Part shown: positions 30,161 to 42,799 of the stretch, one piece after another | Position numbering within the stretch: position 1 is the first letter of the stretch | How the letters are laid out: each line of letters starts with the position of its first letter | From: Camelus dromedarius | Taxonomy: Eukaryota | Direction of reading: 5' to 3' | DNA: 64,000 nt | Assembly: GCF_036321535.1 (NCBI RefSeq) | Contig: NC_087437.1 | Coordinates: 66,342,001 to 66,406,000, forward strand | Position numbers and translations under genes: made by a program | The notes under the pieces: model-generated | Told to the model about the DNA's origin: nothing | The model's database searches: none | Seen by the model: the letters and a program-made list of their open reading frames with translations, nothing else

Positions 30161-32608
30161 AAAAAATACTGATTATTATATATTACTGTGTATCTTCTTT
30201 AGAGTTAACCTCATTTTAGAGATGAGGTAAAAGGTATATAGCAGTGTTTTCTTAACTTTTTCTCTAATTTAGTGTCTTATTTCTTTCTTCCTTTTTTTTA
30301 AAGCAAATTCCAATGTACTTTTTGTCTTAAACTCATTCTGTGATGATATATAGTGTAATAAGACTTGATCCTTTTCATTTCCATAGTATTCAGCATCTTG
30401 TAGATCATCTCTGATCTAACCTTTCAACATAAAATCAAGCCTGTATCCCCATGTAACTTGGGCAGTTAATCTTCTACTTAGTCTCTAGTGTAACCACCTA
30501 GAGTAATCTCTCTCCTCTTAGTCCTTAATACACCTCCATGTAACCTGGATCCTCTCCAGTTTTTTCATCCTCACTAAATTCTTACTTTTCAACTCAGTTT
30601 CTTATCAATATTGACCCACACCTGCTAGTATCTGTATTCCTACTTTGTAATACTTCTATACCAATTTGCAGTTTAAATTTTAGATTTAATGTAGGATACA
30701 TTCTCCACAGGCTGTCTCTTGGGAGAGAGTCTTAAAAAAACAAGCACGTTTGCTTTGTCATAAGTTAATTCTTAGTCTTACAGGAGTGTCCTCTTTTAGA
30801 CTATCCCCTTCTTACAGTTTCCTAATTTGAGACACCTATCACAGGATCCAGTTCATTTTGCAGGCTGTAACTCTGTCCCTTCAACTAACTATAAGAAAGG
30901 GTGAAGGATATTAAATCAAAACTCTTATTTGATGCTTGAATGAAGTACTACTACATATTATCTGTAGGACAAACTGCCCAAAATAGATGAATTTTCTTGC
31001 TATGGGGGTGTCTTCCCCACTGAGAGTGACTGACTGGTATGGATTGTAAAAATACTTATGAGACATCAAGTTTAGTGGAGTTTCTGTTCTCCAAAACACT
31101 TGCTGTGGGCCATTTTGTTGGGACATAGAAATCACTTTGTTCTAACATATTTGGAGTAGGGATTTCACTTGTAATAGTTCATTTTTAATAGCTCTGATAA
31201 CAAAGCTGCCTTTTTTGCTTTTAACAGTTGGTCTGGGCAAGTAGAGCTTGGGCTGCACTTTAGATTCTTAGTGCCAGGTTGGTGGTGACTTGAACAAAAC
31301 AGTATTGCCTTCTTGTTCATAATTCTTTACTTAATGAAAGAGAGCCAGGAAGTATGTGAAGTGCTAGTTGGTGATCACTGTACTGAACACTCTCAACCCT
31401 CAAGAGACAGGAAGTTGCAGGCAGCCTCACCTAAAGAGAAAGAAGGTAGTGCCATCAATCAGTGAAGTCTACAGGCTGTGGAGTTTCTGATATTACCTTC
31501 TTAATCTTCAATATATTTTCTATGTATTTGAAATCTGTCTTGCTAATTTAAAAAAATCTTTTATAAAGTAGAAAGTTTATATCAGTTATGCTGGAAATGT
31601 GTCTTATATTTCATGTAGCCTAAAAAACAGAATAATAGTAATTTATGAAATGGTTGCTATGTGTCAATACTTGAGAAGAATGTTAAAAAATAAACTACCC
31701 CCCACCGTCAAAACTTGTGATGCGAGAAGAACAGGTTATGATCAGAGTTACCATTGACCAGAAATAAATGGAAGAAAAGAAAGCCCAAAAGAAACCTTTG
31801 TGACTACTTTCACCTCTCTGTACTCTGATTTTCCTGTATGTTTACCTAAAACTTTTCTTACCTTTTTACCACTTTTTGTTTTTGTGTTTATTTCCTGTAT
31901 TTATCTCTATTTCTTTGTGTCACAATGGTTAGCTCCTATAGCAGTTTATTTATTTCTATGTGTCCTCAAGTTACCTCAAGAAACATTTCAAAAGAAACAA
32001 ATTTTAACTTACTTTAATGTTTAAAATGCATGTCACAAAGTATTTGGAAAGAAAGTTGGATTAAGAGAACATGTGATTAAACTTACAACTGCAGAGTTAG
32101 ACTTCGTGGGCTGTGAATCATCCCCACCTACAGGAAAGGGCCTATCTTTTTTACTGGATAATGAATGTTTAGACAGTTAATAAATTGACCAAGATGGTAG
32201 AAAAATAAAGTAGATTGGGTCACCTTGGGGTACTCTGTCAGAAGTTGAATTAGAGTGGACAATTTCTTACCCTTTAGCATATTGGATAAAAAAAATATTC
32301 ATTCTCATATTCTATTACTATGCTTTTTGGTGAGGGGAGTACCTCTTATTTTTCTGCCCTTCCTTTGTATTTTAGAGGTGGAATTCAAGGAACAGGATTA
32401 GAAGAAATTCAGCATTTGTCCTTTTGTGATTTTTAAAAAATCTTTTTACTTAGTGACCATTGACAAATGCATTCTCTAAGAATTACTGTTCTTTTTTTCA
32501 GGGTGGTATGTTAAAATTACAGATTTCCTTTGTCAGAGATACTTAAAATGGTTCATATTTTCTTTTTCTTGTATGTTGCATGATTGAAACTGTGGGAATC
32601 CTAGATAA

Positions 32609-32809
<201 letters not shown>

Positions 32810-32836
32810 TGAATCTGAATATAATGACTTGTAATT

Positions 32837-33353
32837 TTGTTTTTAATTGAGGTATAGTCAGTTTACAAAGTTGTGTCAGTTTCTGGTGTACAGCATAATG
32901 CTTCAGTCATACATATATATTCATTTTCATATTACTTTTCATTATAGGCTACTACAAGATATTGAATATAGTTGCCTGTGCTATATATAGTACAAGCTTA
33001 TTGTTCATCTGTTTTATATATAGTAGTCAGTATCTGCAAATCTCAAACTCCTATTTTATCCCTTCTCACCACCTTTCCCCCTGGTAACCTTGAGTTTGTT
33101 TTCTATGTCTGTGAGTTTGTTTCTTTTCTGTGAATAAGTTCATTTGTGCCCTTTTTCTTTTTTTTTCAGATTTCACGTATAAGTGATATCATATGGTATT
33201 TTCTTTCTCTTTCTGGCTTACTTCTCTTATATAGGAGCACCTAAATGTATAAAACAAATACTAACAGACATAGAGGGAGAAATTGATGGGAACACAATAA
33301 TAGTAGGAGGTTTTAACACCCCACTAACATCATTGGACAGATCTTTCAGACAG
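32837..33353 (-). mobile_element. Younger lineage-specific L1: 3' end (minus) fused to an inverted endonuclease-domain fragment (plus)
   Basis: 32837-33230 is a reverse L1 3' UTR. 33231-33353 on + translates as IGAPKCIKQILTDIEGEIDGNTIIVGGFNTPLTSLDRSFRQ (L1 EN). gtaatt is present on both flanks. Confidence 0.85.
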
Positions 33354-34254
33354 TAATTATTAATTGCATCTTATGTTTAGTAGTTTAGGATTACTAATCT
33401 ATACTTAAGTATAAAGATAAATATGCCCTGAAATATGTTTCTTTGTAAAGATTGATATACAAAGATGTGTAGAATTTTTTTTTTAATTTCATGTTTTAGG
33501 ATTAAAGTATATTTACTATTCTACTTTTAGGTTTCTTGGATTAAAAGAGAGGATAATAAGGCTATTCCTTTGCAATTATATGATTTATTTAGGATTATGG
33601 TTAATTTTTAACTTAAAATTTTAAATAAGTGATAGGATGACCATATTACTGACATTTCTACCATGCTATCTCAATTGGTTATTTAATTTTAGGTCAGCTG
33701 AAAAGGAGTAATTCCAATTTTTTCATTAGTGATTTAGATAAACCCACTGATTCTGTAGAAGTTGTTGCAAAAAAACCTCTAAGGATAGAAGGAATTAGAG
33801 ACAGTTTGCTTCACTCTTCAGTGACCTCCTCTTCCACCCCTTTTTAGCCCACTAGGAGGAGTGAGCATACAGTGTATGGTCAGCTGGTCATAAATAGGAA
33901 GCTAAGAAAGGAGGAGCAAGAGCAACTTTAGGGTGGTGTGCAGGTGGAGGTCAAAATTATTTTATTGTTATGTACTGTTTCTGAAGAGAATTCCTTAGTC
34001 CAAACCAAACAAAAGCATACAAATACCAAACAAACAAAAGATAAAATAAAAAACCCCACGGTAACAGAAAACAAAGAAAAAAACAGAACTTGGATAATTT
34101 CTGTCTTTTGTTACAAGTAGAAATTCTCTAATAGGAACGAAGACCTCTAAACAGAAACACATTACTACCATTTTTATTTTGCCAAAGGGCAAAATGCCAA
34201 AGAACATTTTGATTTGTGCCAAGAGGCCAGCAGTTTTACCCATCATTTCATTCC

Positions 34255-34393
34255 CAGCAGTGCAAATGTCAACATAGTGAAAAAGGCAGATAACATCTTA
34301 GTATTCTTAGGAAAGTAACGTTGTCCTCAGCACCTCTGAAAAGATCCAGGAGGCCCAAGGCTCTGCAGATCATACTTTGAGATCTGCTGCACT
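34255..34393. mobile_element. hAT-Charlie DNA transposon end
   Basis: aaatgtcaacatagtgaaaaaggcagataacatcttagtatt...catactttgagatctgctg. Confidence 0.6.
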
Positions 34394-34479
34394 AGAAAAC
34401 AAAGAGTATAATAATAATTGTGTGTGTTTAGTGCTCAGAGTTTCATCATGGCTAAGTTATATGGCATATGTTAAGGGAC

Positions 34480-34660
34480 ACGTGAGAAATAGTGAAAGGG
34501 AGATTTTGGTTGGAGTAGACCTGGATTTGAGTTCAGGTTTATTACTACTTAGCTAGGCTGTAAAGTGGAGATTACTAACAGTTCTGCCTGCCTTTCTGAG
34601 TGGCTATGAGGATTAAATAAAATGTTAGTGAAAGTACTGTAGAAATGTAAAGTGTTGTTC
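34480..34660 (+). mobile_element. MIR fragment
   Basis: ggagtagacctggatttgagttcagg...ctgtaaagtggag...gaggattaaataa. Confidence 0.6.
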
Positions 34661-35556
34661 TTTTTGTGGTTCTTTTGTGGTATTTGTTAACTTGATTCTT
34701 CCCCAATAGTAAATTTCAGCTCTTTATCTTTGGAGGTGTCACTGGATTTTCCAGCTGCTTTATATTTAGTTCACATATATGCAGCTAATCATCTGCGTAC
34801 CTGGGCTGAGTTGTGCGAGGGTCACCTAAAATAAATGCAGTTTCCTTCTTTTAAAAAAGATATATCGTCTGACATATTAAGGCATGTTTATATAAACCTT
34901 TGACCCTCTTAAGAGTACATTACTTCTGTAAATGTCCATATGCCTAGCAGTTCTTCAAGAATCTTCTCACAAAAGGACAGGTATACTGTTTTTTCTATTA
35001 GGAATCAGTTTGCTGGACATTGTGAGGACTTACTTTCCAGTAGCCTCCTTTGCCCGAGTAAAACCAGATTCTGACTTTCTAGGCTTAGAACTCACTTTCG
35101 AACTACTGAAATCCTAGATTTGGCCTCCTTTTTTAGATTTAGGACCCTTGCTCTTAAGACTCAAAGATTTATAAATGAAAATAAAGAAATTTAGAAATGT
35201 ACTAATAAAATAATTCTAGAAATATTTTTAACAGTGGTGTTTGAAAGAGTAGCTAGACAAAATCAACTTAAGAGTTTCTTTAATGAATTTTGTGTCATTA
35301 TTTTTCTGGATCAGTAAAAAGAAGTCCCTGGAGCAGGAATTTCCAATTTCATCTCACTACATCAGACTTCTAAAATTGTTTGCTGTCCTCATGCCATTCA
35401 CCATTCTTCTCCTTCCTACTGGTAGAAGGAAAGCTCAGCAGTGATTTATGTTCATCTTCCTAAAGCACTTGATTGTTAGTTCATTTAAAACCCAGGAATC
35501 CAGAAACTGAAAATTAGCTTTTTCTTACAGGAAGTCTTAAGTAATGGGCTATGAAC

Positions 35557-35690
35557 AGAGTACCCATATAATTTGTCTTCCCATTTGGTAGTAATTTTAA
35601 GAGAGAAGGGAGTGCTGTTCGTAATTATCCCCGGACAGTAGATCTAAACCAACACTGTCTTGGGTAAGCCAGGATGCATGCTTTCGGTTA
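35557..35690. mobile_element. MER81-like hAT-Blackjack MITE
   Basis: agagtacccatataatttgtc...taattatccccggacag...ctgtcttgggtaagccaggatgcatg. Confidence 0.55.
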
Positions 35691-35738
35691 TTTTTTTAAT
35701 TCATTACATTTATTTATAAATTACTAAAATTTGTTAAA

Positions 35739-35888
35739 TAATTTTTAGTTTATTTATTTTTTATTTTTGTGGGAGAGGTCATTGGGTTTATTTATCTGTT
35801 TGTTTTTAGAGGAGGTACTGGGGATTGAATCCAGGACCTCCTGCATGCTAAGCATGTACTCTACCACTTGAGCTATATATCCTCCCCC
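35739..35888 (-). mobile_element. tRNA-derived SINE, camelid vic-1-like
   Basis: Reverse complement reads ggggaggatatatagctcaagtggtagagtacatgcttagcatgcaggaggtcctggattcaatccccagtacctcc, with A and B boxes and an A-rich tail. TSD core ttgttaaa at 35731-35738 and 35889-35896. Confidence 0.85.
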
Positions 35889-36496
35889 TTGTTAAACTGT
35901 TTTTAAAGATTTCTCTTAGGATTGAGGTTTCTGCTTCGACTTAAAAGTAAATTATTTTGTAATTTGTAAAATAAAATGTATTCTTTCTTTGCATTTTAAA
36001 TGGTAATATATTTAAGCACATTTTTCTATCAGTCACATTACAACATAAAAGTCAACAGTTTAAAGTCTTAAAATGTTTTCTCAGAATTTGCATTGGCTTA
36101 CAACCTTGTGTATAGGAGGTTGAACCCTTGCTGCTATTCTGTGTAAGCACCTGCTAATGTACAGAGATTGTGTCACTTTGACTTATTTTTAAGTATGATA
36201 AGTAAATAATCATGCCCTATGTTTTTGTACTATAAGCCCTGTCTTGGTTGTTGAAAACTTGAACATCTGATATTTGATAATTAAATAGACATTACCGTTT
36301 ATTGGAGCATTCTTGTTGTCCTGTTTCCTCTTGAGTAAGTTTAACACAATTTTAAAATGCATTAGGGATAGTTTGATGACGTTTTCCTCCCTGTTTTGGA
36401 TTAAACAGTCTTTCCTTCTGATATTTACTCTGATCGAAGTAAAATTAGAAAATGTGTACAGTTTTTCACGCAACTTAAGCTGCAGAGTATTAATAA

Positions 36497-36646
<150 letters not shown>

Positions 36647-37940
36647 TAGAAGTAATCTTGTGGCTAGTCTCTAAGAACCCGTATCTCGCGCACACACACA
36701 CACAAAATTTAAGAAATGGAGAAAATGATCTAAGTCACATAGCAAGTTCAGCCATAGAAGAAGTATAAGAACCCAGCCTTTTGCTTTCTAATTGAGTTAT
36801 TGTTCTGTTGTGTGATATTGGAAAAGTTGTTTTGGCTATCTGATGCACGAAAGGGATATAACTTTTATTTAAGATAGTTAAAGCTATAGATCACTAAAAT
36901 ATAAACTGAATAAAAACACAAACTATTTTTGCTTACTATGTACTCTCTGCTCGTAATACGGTGCTGAGCACATAGGAGATACTTATATTTATTCAATATT
37001 TAAGTATTTATAAAATGAAAGAATGAGTATGTATGATTAGACCCCTTGGTAGAAGCAGATTTTTGACTTTCAGGTTTAATATAATTTTGTTTACTAGGTC
37101 CATCAACACCTTTATTAACAACACCAGGTTCAAGGTATTATTGTCTTGGAATTAATGTTGTCCATTAAGAACAGCAGCACTAAGATTTTAAAGTTTTTAA
37201 TATTTGAGACTTTAGATAAGTTCTTACCCCTTTAAAAAAAATGTAGTGTGTATATTGTATATTTAGACTACTGGGTTGGTTCATTCTGAGGTTATAGTTT
37301 GTTCAAAGCAACAATACCTACTGTCTTTTGGGCTTTATTCTTGATTTTCCAAATGTTTCATAGACACAGAAAATTGAAAATCTCCTTAGAGGTTATATAG
37401 TCCAATTCTCCATCCAGTGAAAGAAACTTCTTAGTTACATTCTGACAATTTTTTTTTTTTTATTGTTTTCTTGAATACTTCCAGCATCAGATGGCTACTT
37501 TGGAATGCAGCCTGTTCTGTATCTGGACAGTTTGAATTTAGTTTTTATTGTACTGAGCCATAGCTCCTCAGTTTTTACTGATTATACACAGGACTATGAT
37601 TGTTATTTTAAAATCCTTGTACTTCATTTTATTAAAATGTTACTTTTGATAAGATGTTTTTGCTAGGTATCATGCAAGTGTGGTTGAAAGCACTAGTGTG
37701 TAATCAAGAATCTTTCTTACAGTCCATATAATCTATGATTTGCACCTGCGACCACTGGTATTTGCCATCCTTTTTTGGTAACCATCTTTTAGTCTCAAAT
37801 TGAAGTTTTACCCTTAGTTTGACAGATCCACTTCTTTCCTGATTCCTACACTACACTTAGATGTAAGTTCAGATAGTTTGATTTCTTTGTTTCCTAAAAG
37901 CCTGTATATTCCTTATTGTTATTCAAATTAATGTTGTTAT

Positions 37941-38271
37941 ACAGGAGTTGGCAAACTTTCTGTTAAGAGCTAGATAAAATATTTTAGGTTTTTGTGGGCT
38001 AAAATGCAAATCAAGGATATTAAAGATATGTAACAAAAGAGAAAACAAATTCCCACAAATTTTTCATTGATGAAATTAAAATTAAGATAATAATACAAGT
38101 CTGTTAGAGGAATTGAGTTCTTTTGGGGGCGTCTATAACATTTCTCGTAATAGGGGTTCAAAATCAGTATTTCATATCATTAAATTGATTGCAAATGGTT
38201 ATCTTTAAAATCAATTCTTAGTTCATGGGCCCTACAAAAACAGTGATTGGGCTGTAGTTTGCTGATCCCTA
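37941..38271. mobile_element. MER58-family hAT-Charlie element
   Basis: Terminal inverted repeats caggagttggcaaact and agtttgctgatccct. Confidence 0.75.
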
Positions 38272-40144
38272 GTTAGTACAACCATTCAGCTTTTTTTCTA
38301 TCCCAGACTTTCACTTGATGCACTTGAGCTCTCCATACTATGGCTCTCTGGGCATATTGCCATTCTACATTTGTCATATATGTTTAGCTTATTAGAACTG
38401 TGTCATTTGTCTACTGATTATAGTGCATAATTTTGGGTGATATATAGTTTGTCATTAATTTTAATGAATTCATACAAGATAGAAATGAAATTGCTCATGA
38501 AACTAAGGTGGATGTCTGTGGTAAGTCCGTATCTCATGCTTGCCATTATATCTTATAAATCTTTAAGTCCAGAACTTATTTCGCTGCTTTTCGTCAGTCC
38601 TTGTAATTCAGTTTTCTGATAATATTATTTTGTGCTAATTTAATTTAATTTTAGTAGAAACTGTCAGTTTGGTATTGATAGCTTAAGACTTCATTATTAT
38701 CTAGGGCTTGTTGCAAGTCAGTCCATGATCACTTGTCATAGTAGGCCAACTCTAAAACAAAACACTCTTTTTATTTATATGTTATCTTGTCATCTTGCCT
38801 TTATACATAGTCATCACCCTACTGAAGTTTCAAGGTCACTGTCTATAGATGTTTTAAAGATGATATGAGATAATGGAATTAACATCCCAGGGCAATTTGG
38901 AATATCAAGCTTCTCAGTCCCTTATATAGTGTTAAGCAATGTTACTGCCCAGGATAGAAGAAATATCAGTATTAGTTTACCACCCATTTGGTGACCCAAA
39001 GCTAGCTATACATTACATTGAGGTTAATAGGCATTGTTTTTTGGGGTGAGGGTGTTAGTGTAGCTCTAAATCTTATTGCATGAAGGTTAATAAACATTGT
39101 AGGACTTTTGTGTGTGTTTAATATAGCTCTAAATCTTGTTGATCCTGTCTGTATATCTGTTCTTTAAATGTTTAATATATTTGATGTTTCATTGAAATAA
39201 AAACTCATAACTAATTCTCATTCTGATAACTTTGTTTTCCTGATCTAAGTTGTATGTCAGAAAAAGAGTTGTCTAGGTTAGCTTTCTAAGTTGTACCTTA
39301 CTAAGACATTGCATATTTTGAACAAATGTTGTCACTCTTGCTAATCAGGACTTCAAGAAGTAGGTTTGAGTTTTCTTTGAAAGGTGGTCTCAGAGGTACC
39401 CAATTCAGGTGTCAGGTTTTTTTTTTTGAGATACTAGTCATGATCTTTTAGTCTTTTTGGTAACTAGGGAATCTATGTTAATCTCTTCTTTTCTGCAGTC
39501 TTTCCGTTTTCTCTCTTGAAAACCTCAGGGGGATTCCTCTGGAGTATCTGGAGGTGGCTGACCTCCAGTAAATAGATACTCTTATCTGAATTTGAGTTTA
39601 TGCAAAAAATGAACAATCATACAGCAGACTTTATATGTGGTAGACTTGCCTCATTATTTTATAACTTTCTAAGCAGGAACTTTTATTTATTTGCATTAAT
39701 GAAGTTGTTATAAGGCAATTAAAATTACATAATTTCTCCTTTAAAACAACTTTACTAAACTATTAATTTTCTCTTCGCTGTAGTTACTTGATTTAAATAT
39801 TTGTTTAGATAGCTCTAACACAAGGAAGAACTAGTAAAATCTTACCTCTAGCAGAAACTTTAGAAATTTGGAAGTAGAAAACAGATCTAAATAATCTTTT
39901 GATGATGTTATCATAGCTAAGTAAGTGGACTTCATTTCTTGTGATGCCTATCAAAAAAGATTGAGAAAGAAAAAGATTTAGCAGTGGAGGGTGGGACTAA
40001 GGAGTGAGGGAAAGAGGATTTTCACTTTTTAGTTTTTAACAGTCATCTCTTTGCAATCCCAGAAACTATGAAAAAAATAGATGCTTTCAGTTGTTTTGTG
40101 CTGGAATGTTTTGTTAGTAAACAAATAAAAACAGTTACATAGAG

Positions 40145-40285
40145 AGAGATAGGGTATGTATAGCTGAGTAGTAGAGTGCATGCCTAGCATTCATGAGGTC
40201 TTCGGTTCCATGCCCAGTACCTCCATTAAAAAAAAAAACCCTAATTCTGCACCCCACCCAAATATTTAAAATAGAAGAAAAAATG
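40145..40285 (+). mobile_element. tRNA-derived SINE, camelid vic-1-like (more diverged copy)
   Basis: gtatagctgagtagtagagtgcatgcctagcattcatgaggtcttcggttccatgcccagtacctcc plus an A-rich tail. TSD tacatagag at 40136-40144 and 40286-40294. Confidence 0.85.
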
Positions 40286-41334
40286 TACATAGAGTGAAGA
40301 GAGCTGCATTCTACTACAGATGTCTGTCTAAATAATTGTTTTCTTGATTTTCCAATTTGATGACTCTTTGGCTCCTCAGAAGTCTGCATTTTCAGGTATT
40401 GGTCAACTACTGCTAATCATAAAAGCTGCCACTCAGTGAGACTTTCCTCTCCACCAGGCACTGGGCTAAGCACTTTACATATATTACTACATTTAATCCT
40501 TATTTTAATCTTCAAAAGGTAATGATGATGATGATTACCACCAGTACCGTATCTGGGAGAGGTTGGGTGGTAGGAAATTCCTGTCTGATTGATCTTTTGC
40601 TAGGTTAGTGTCCTCTGTTCATGGAATTTTGTAGCTCTGGGGAAAACAGTGTGATACCTAATGTCAACTTGCTGTCTACAACACACTAAGTTAGTATTTT
40701 TAAAATGGGACCACAAAATAAAGGAAACAGCCCCTAAATCTTATTGTAATGAATATACCAAATCAGTCTGTGGTATCTTTGGACTAGGTTTAATTGTGCT
40801 TCATCTAAAATAATCAAGGTTGTGATAGCGGTTTTCTTTGCTTTCAAGTACAGCTAAGTCTTATTTTCATCATCTTTGCTTAGCAAACGTTTTAGATTTC
40901 AGTTATCTCCGTATTATAGGTTGTTCAGCACTCTATCCTGGCTTAACATTTTCACCATCATATAGTCTCTCAGAGGTCTAAGACATTGATTAAATCAAGA
41001 TTTAATAGATATAAAATACTTTTCCAAGTTTTTTGATGGATCCATGATCTATCTTTGCTAATGTGCATTTGGAATTTAATCACATGTTACCTGGTGACAT
41101 TTCTTGTGCTGTCATATTATAGAGCTCTTGTGTTGTTAACAGACTGCAGGGACAACATACTAAACTTACTGTATCTCCTTTTTCCAATCCCCAGAACATG
41201 TAGGCACACCCTATTACACATTGTGGTACAGATTTTTACTTGTAATATGTATTATATGTAATATATAAAAAATATAATTAAAATATTTTAATTTGTTCTT
41301 GTATTATTATTTAAATTTTTCCATGTTTATTACT

Positions 41335-41510
41335 GACTAGAGCAACAACTGTTAGTAGCTTTTGGATCGTGGACTTCTTTGAAAATCTGTCTGTAATAAT
41401 GGACTCTCCTCTAGAAAAAAGCATACATGCCAGAGTTTTGCATATAACATCAGGTAGAACTTAGGGTTTTCTGAAGCTCATCCAGAAACCCTAGGTTAAA
41501 TATCCCTATA
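41335..41510. mobile_element. Decayed hAT-Charlie MITE
   Basis: tttggatcgtggacttctttgaaaatctg...ccctaggttaaatatccct. Confidence 0.5.
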
Positions 41511-42799
41511 CCAGTGCAAGGAACTAGGGTTGCAATTTGTAGTAACTGCCTGCAGTATAAATATTACACACATAATGTCAACGTTTTTAAAATGAGTTTT
41601 AAAATAATGATTTTCATGTAAAACTCCTCGGCTGCATCTTTACATTAATATGTTGTCCATAGACCGGAAGAAACATCAGTTTTAAGTTACGACTGTGAAG
41701 TTTTACTGGCTCTACAGTAACTTACTCATACTTGGTTAAATCTGTATACACTTATAGGTATTTGTGCTCAGGCATGGAAAAGTGTCTTGTTTCCTGACAG
41801 TGTAGCATAGTTTAGCTTTTGACTGAAGAATAATGGTATCCATTTGAAATCTTTACTTTTCCCCCAAAAAAGCAGTATAGTGATTTACTAAGTTGTCAGG
41901 ATATATTTTGTTTATTCAAAGAACTTTTCACGTAAAACAAGGTTTCATGACATCATCATTCAAAACTGATGTACTGATAGTTATGTTTTGGGACCTGAGT
42001 CAGAAGACCATCCACAGGATTACTCTTTGGGGGATATGATGCATTTTATTTATCAATTGCAGATTCTTCTGCATGGTTGCATTTTGAATTCTTTTGTGTA
42101 TTTGATTAATTTCAGGATCCCAGTTTAATTATTTTTCTTTGAAGTAATCACAAAATATGTAAAGGGACAGGTGAGAGATGGGATAGGGACAGAAGTCTGT
42201 CAAGTTAGCAGCACTTAAAATCTAGATGCTAATTTCAGGTTTTTACTAAAGAATCTGCTTCCTTATTTAGCAAAAGATAGGAATTTTGAGAGCAATAATT
42301 CTTAACAGTAGAGTAGTGGGAAAAATATGAAGAAACACTGAAACCTTGTAGAGGGGTATTTATTTTGTTAAAAGCATCCTGAGTGCTATTTCATATCTGT
42401 AAAACAATTTTTTATTGTTACATGTAATAGAAGGAGAACATGAAGAAAATCTTGGCTTATGATGCTACAAAGAACTAGAGTGTTAGTAACTCTCAAATGA
42501 AGCAAGAGCTGGGTGATGTGTGTGTATAGAATGTTTACATATCTCAAAGCAGGGTGTGATTTTTTTAAAGTTTGGGGAATACAGTGAGTTTTTGTAACCC
42601 AAGAGATTCTAATCCCTGCCTGCCTCTTTTCTGTTATATACGCCTTCCTTGAGCATACCACTGTGGCTGAGATCCACCTAGAAAAAAGGTCTTTTGACTC
42701 CTGTGCATATATACTAACCAAGAATGACTTTTTCACTTTATGTTGAATGCTTTGCGTAATCGAAACATTAGTCACCTTTTGAGGAGAAGGAGAGGAGTT

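Noticed and set aside
35739..35888. tRNA gene (also 40145-40285)
   Set aside because: The tRNA-like head is followed by an A-rich tail and flanked by TSDs, so it is a SINE.
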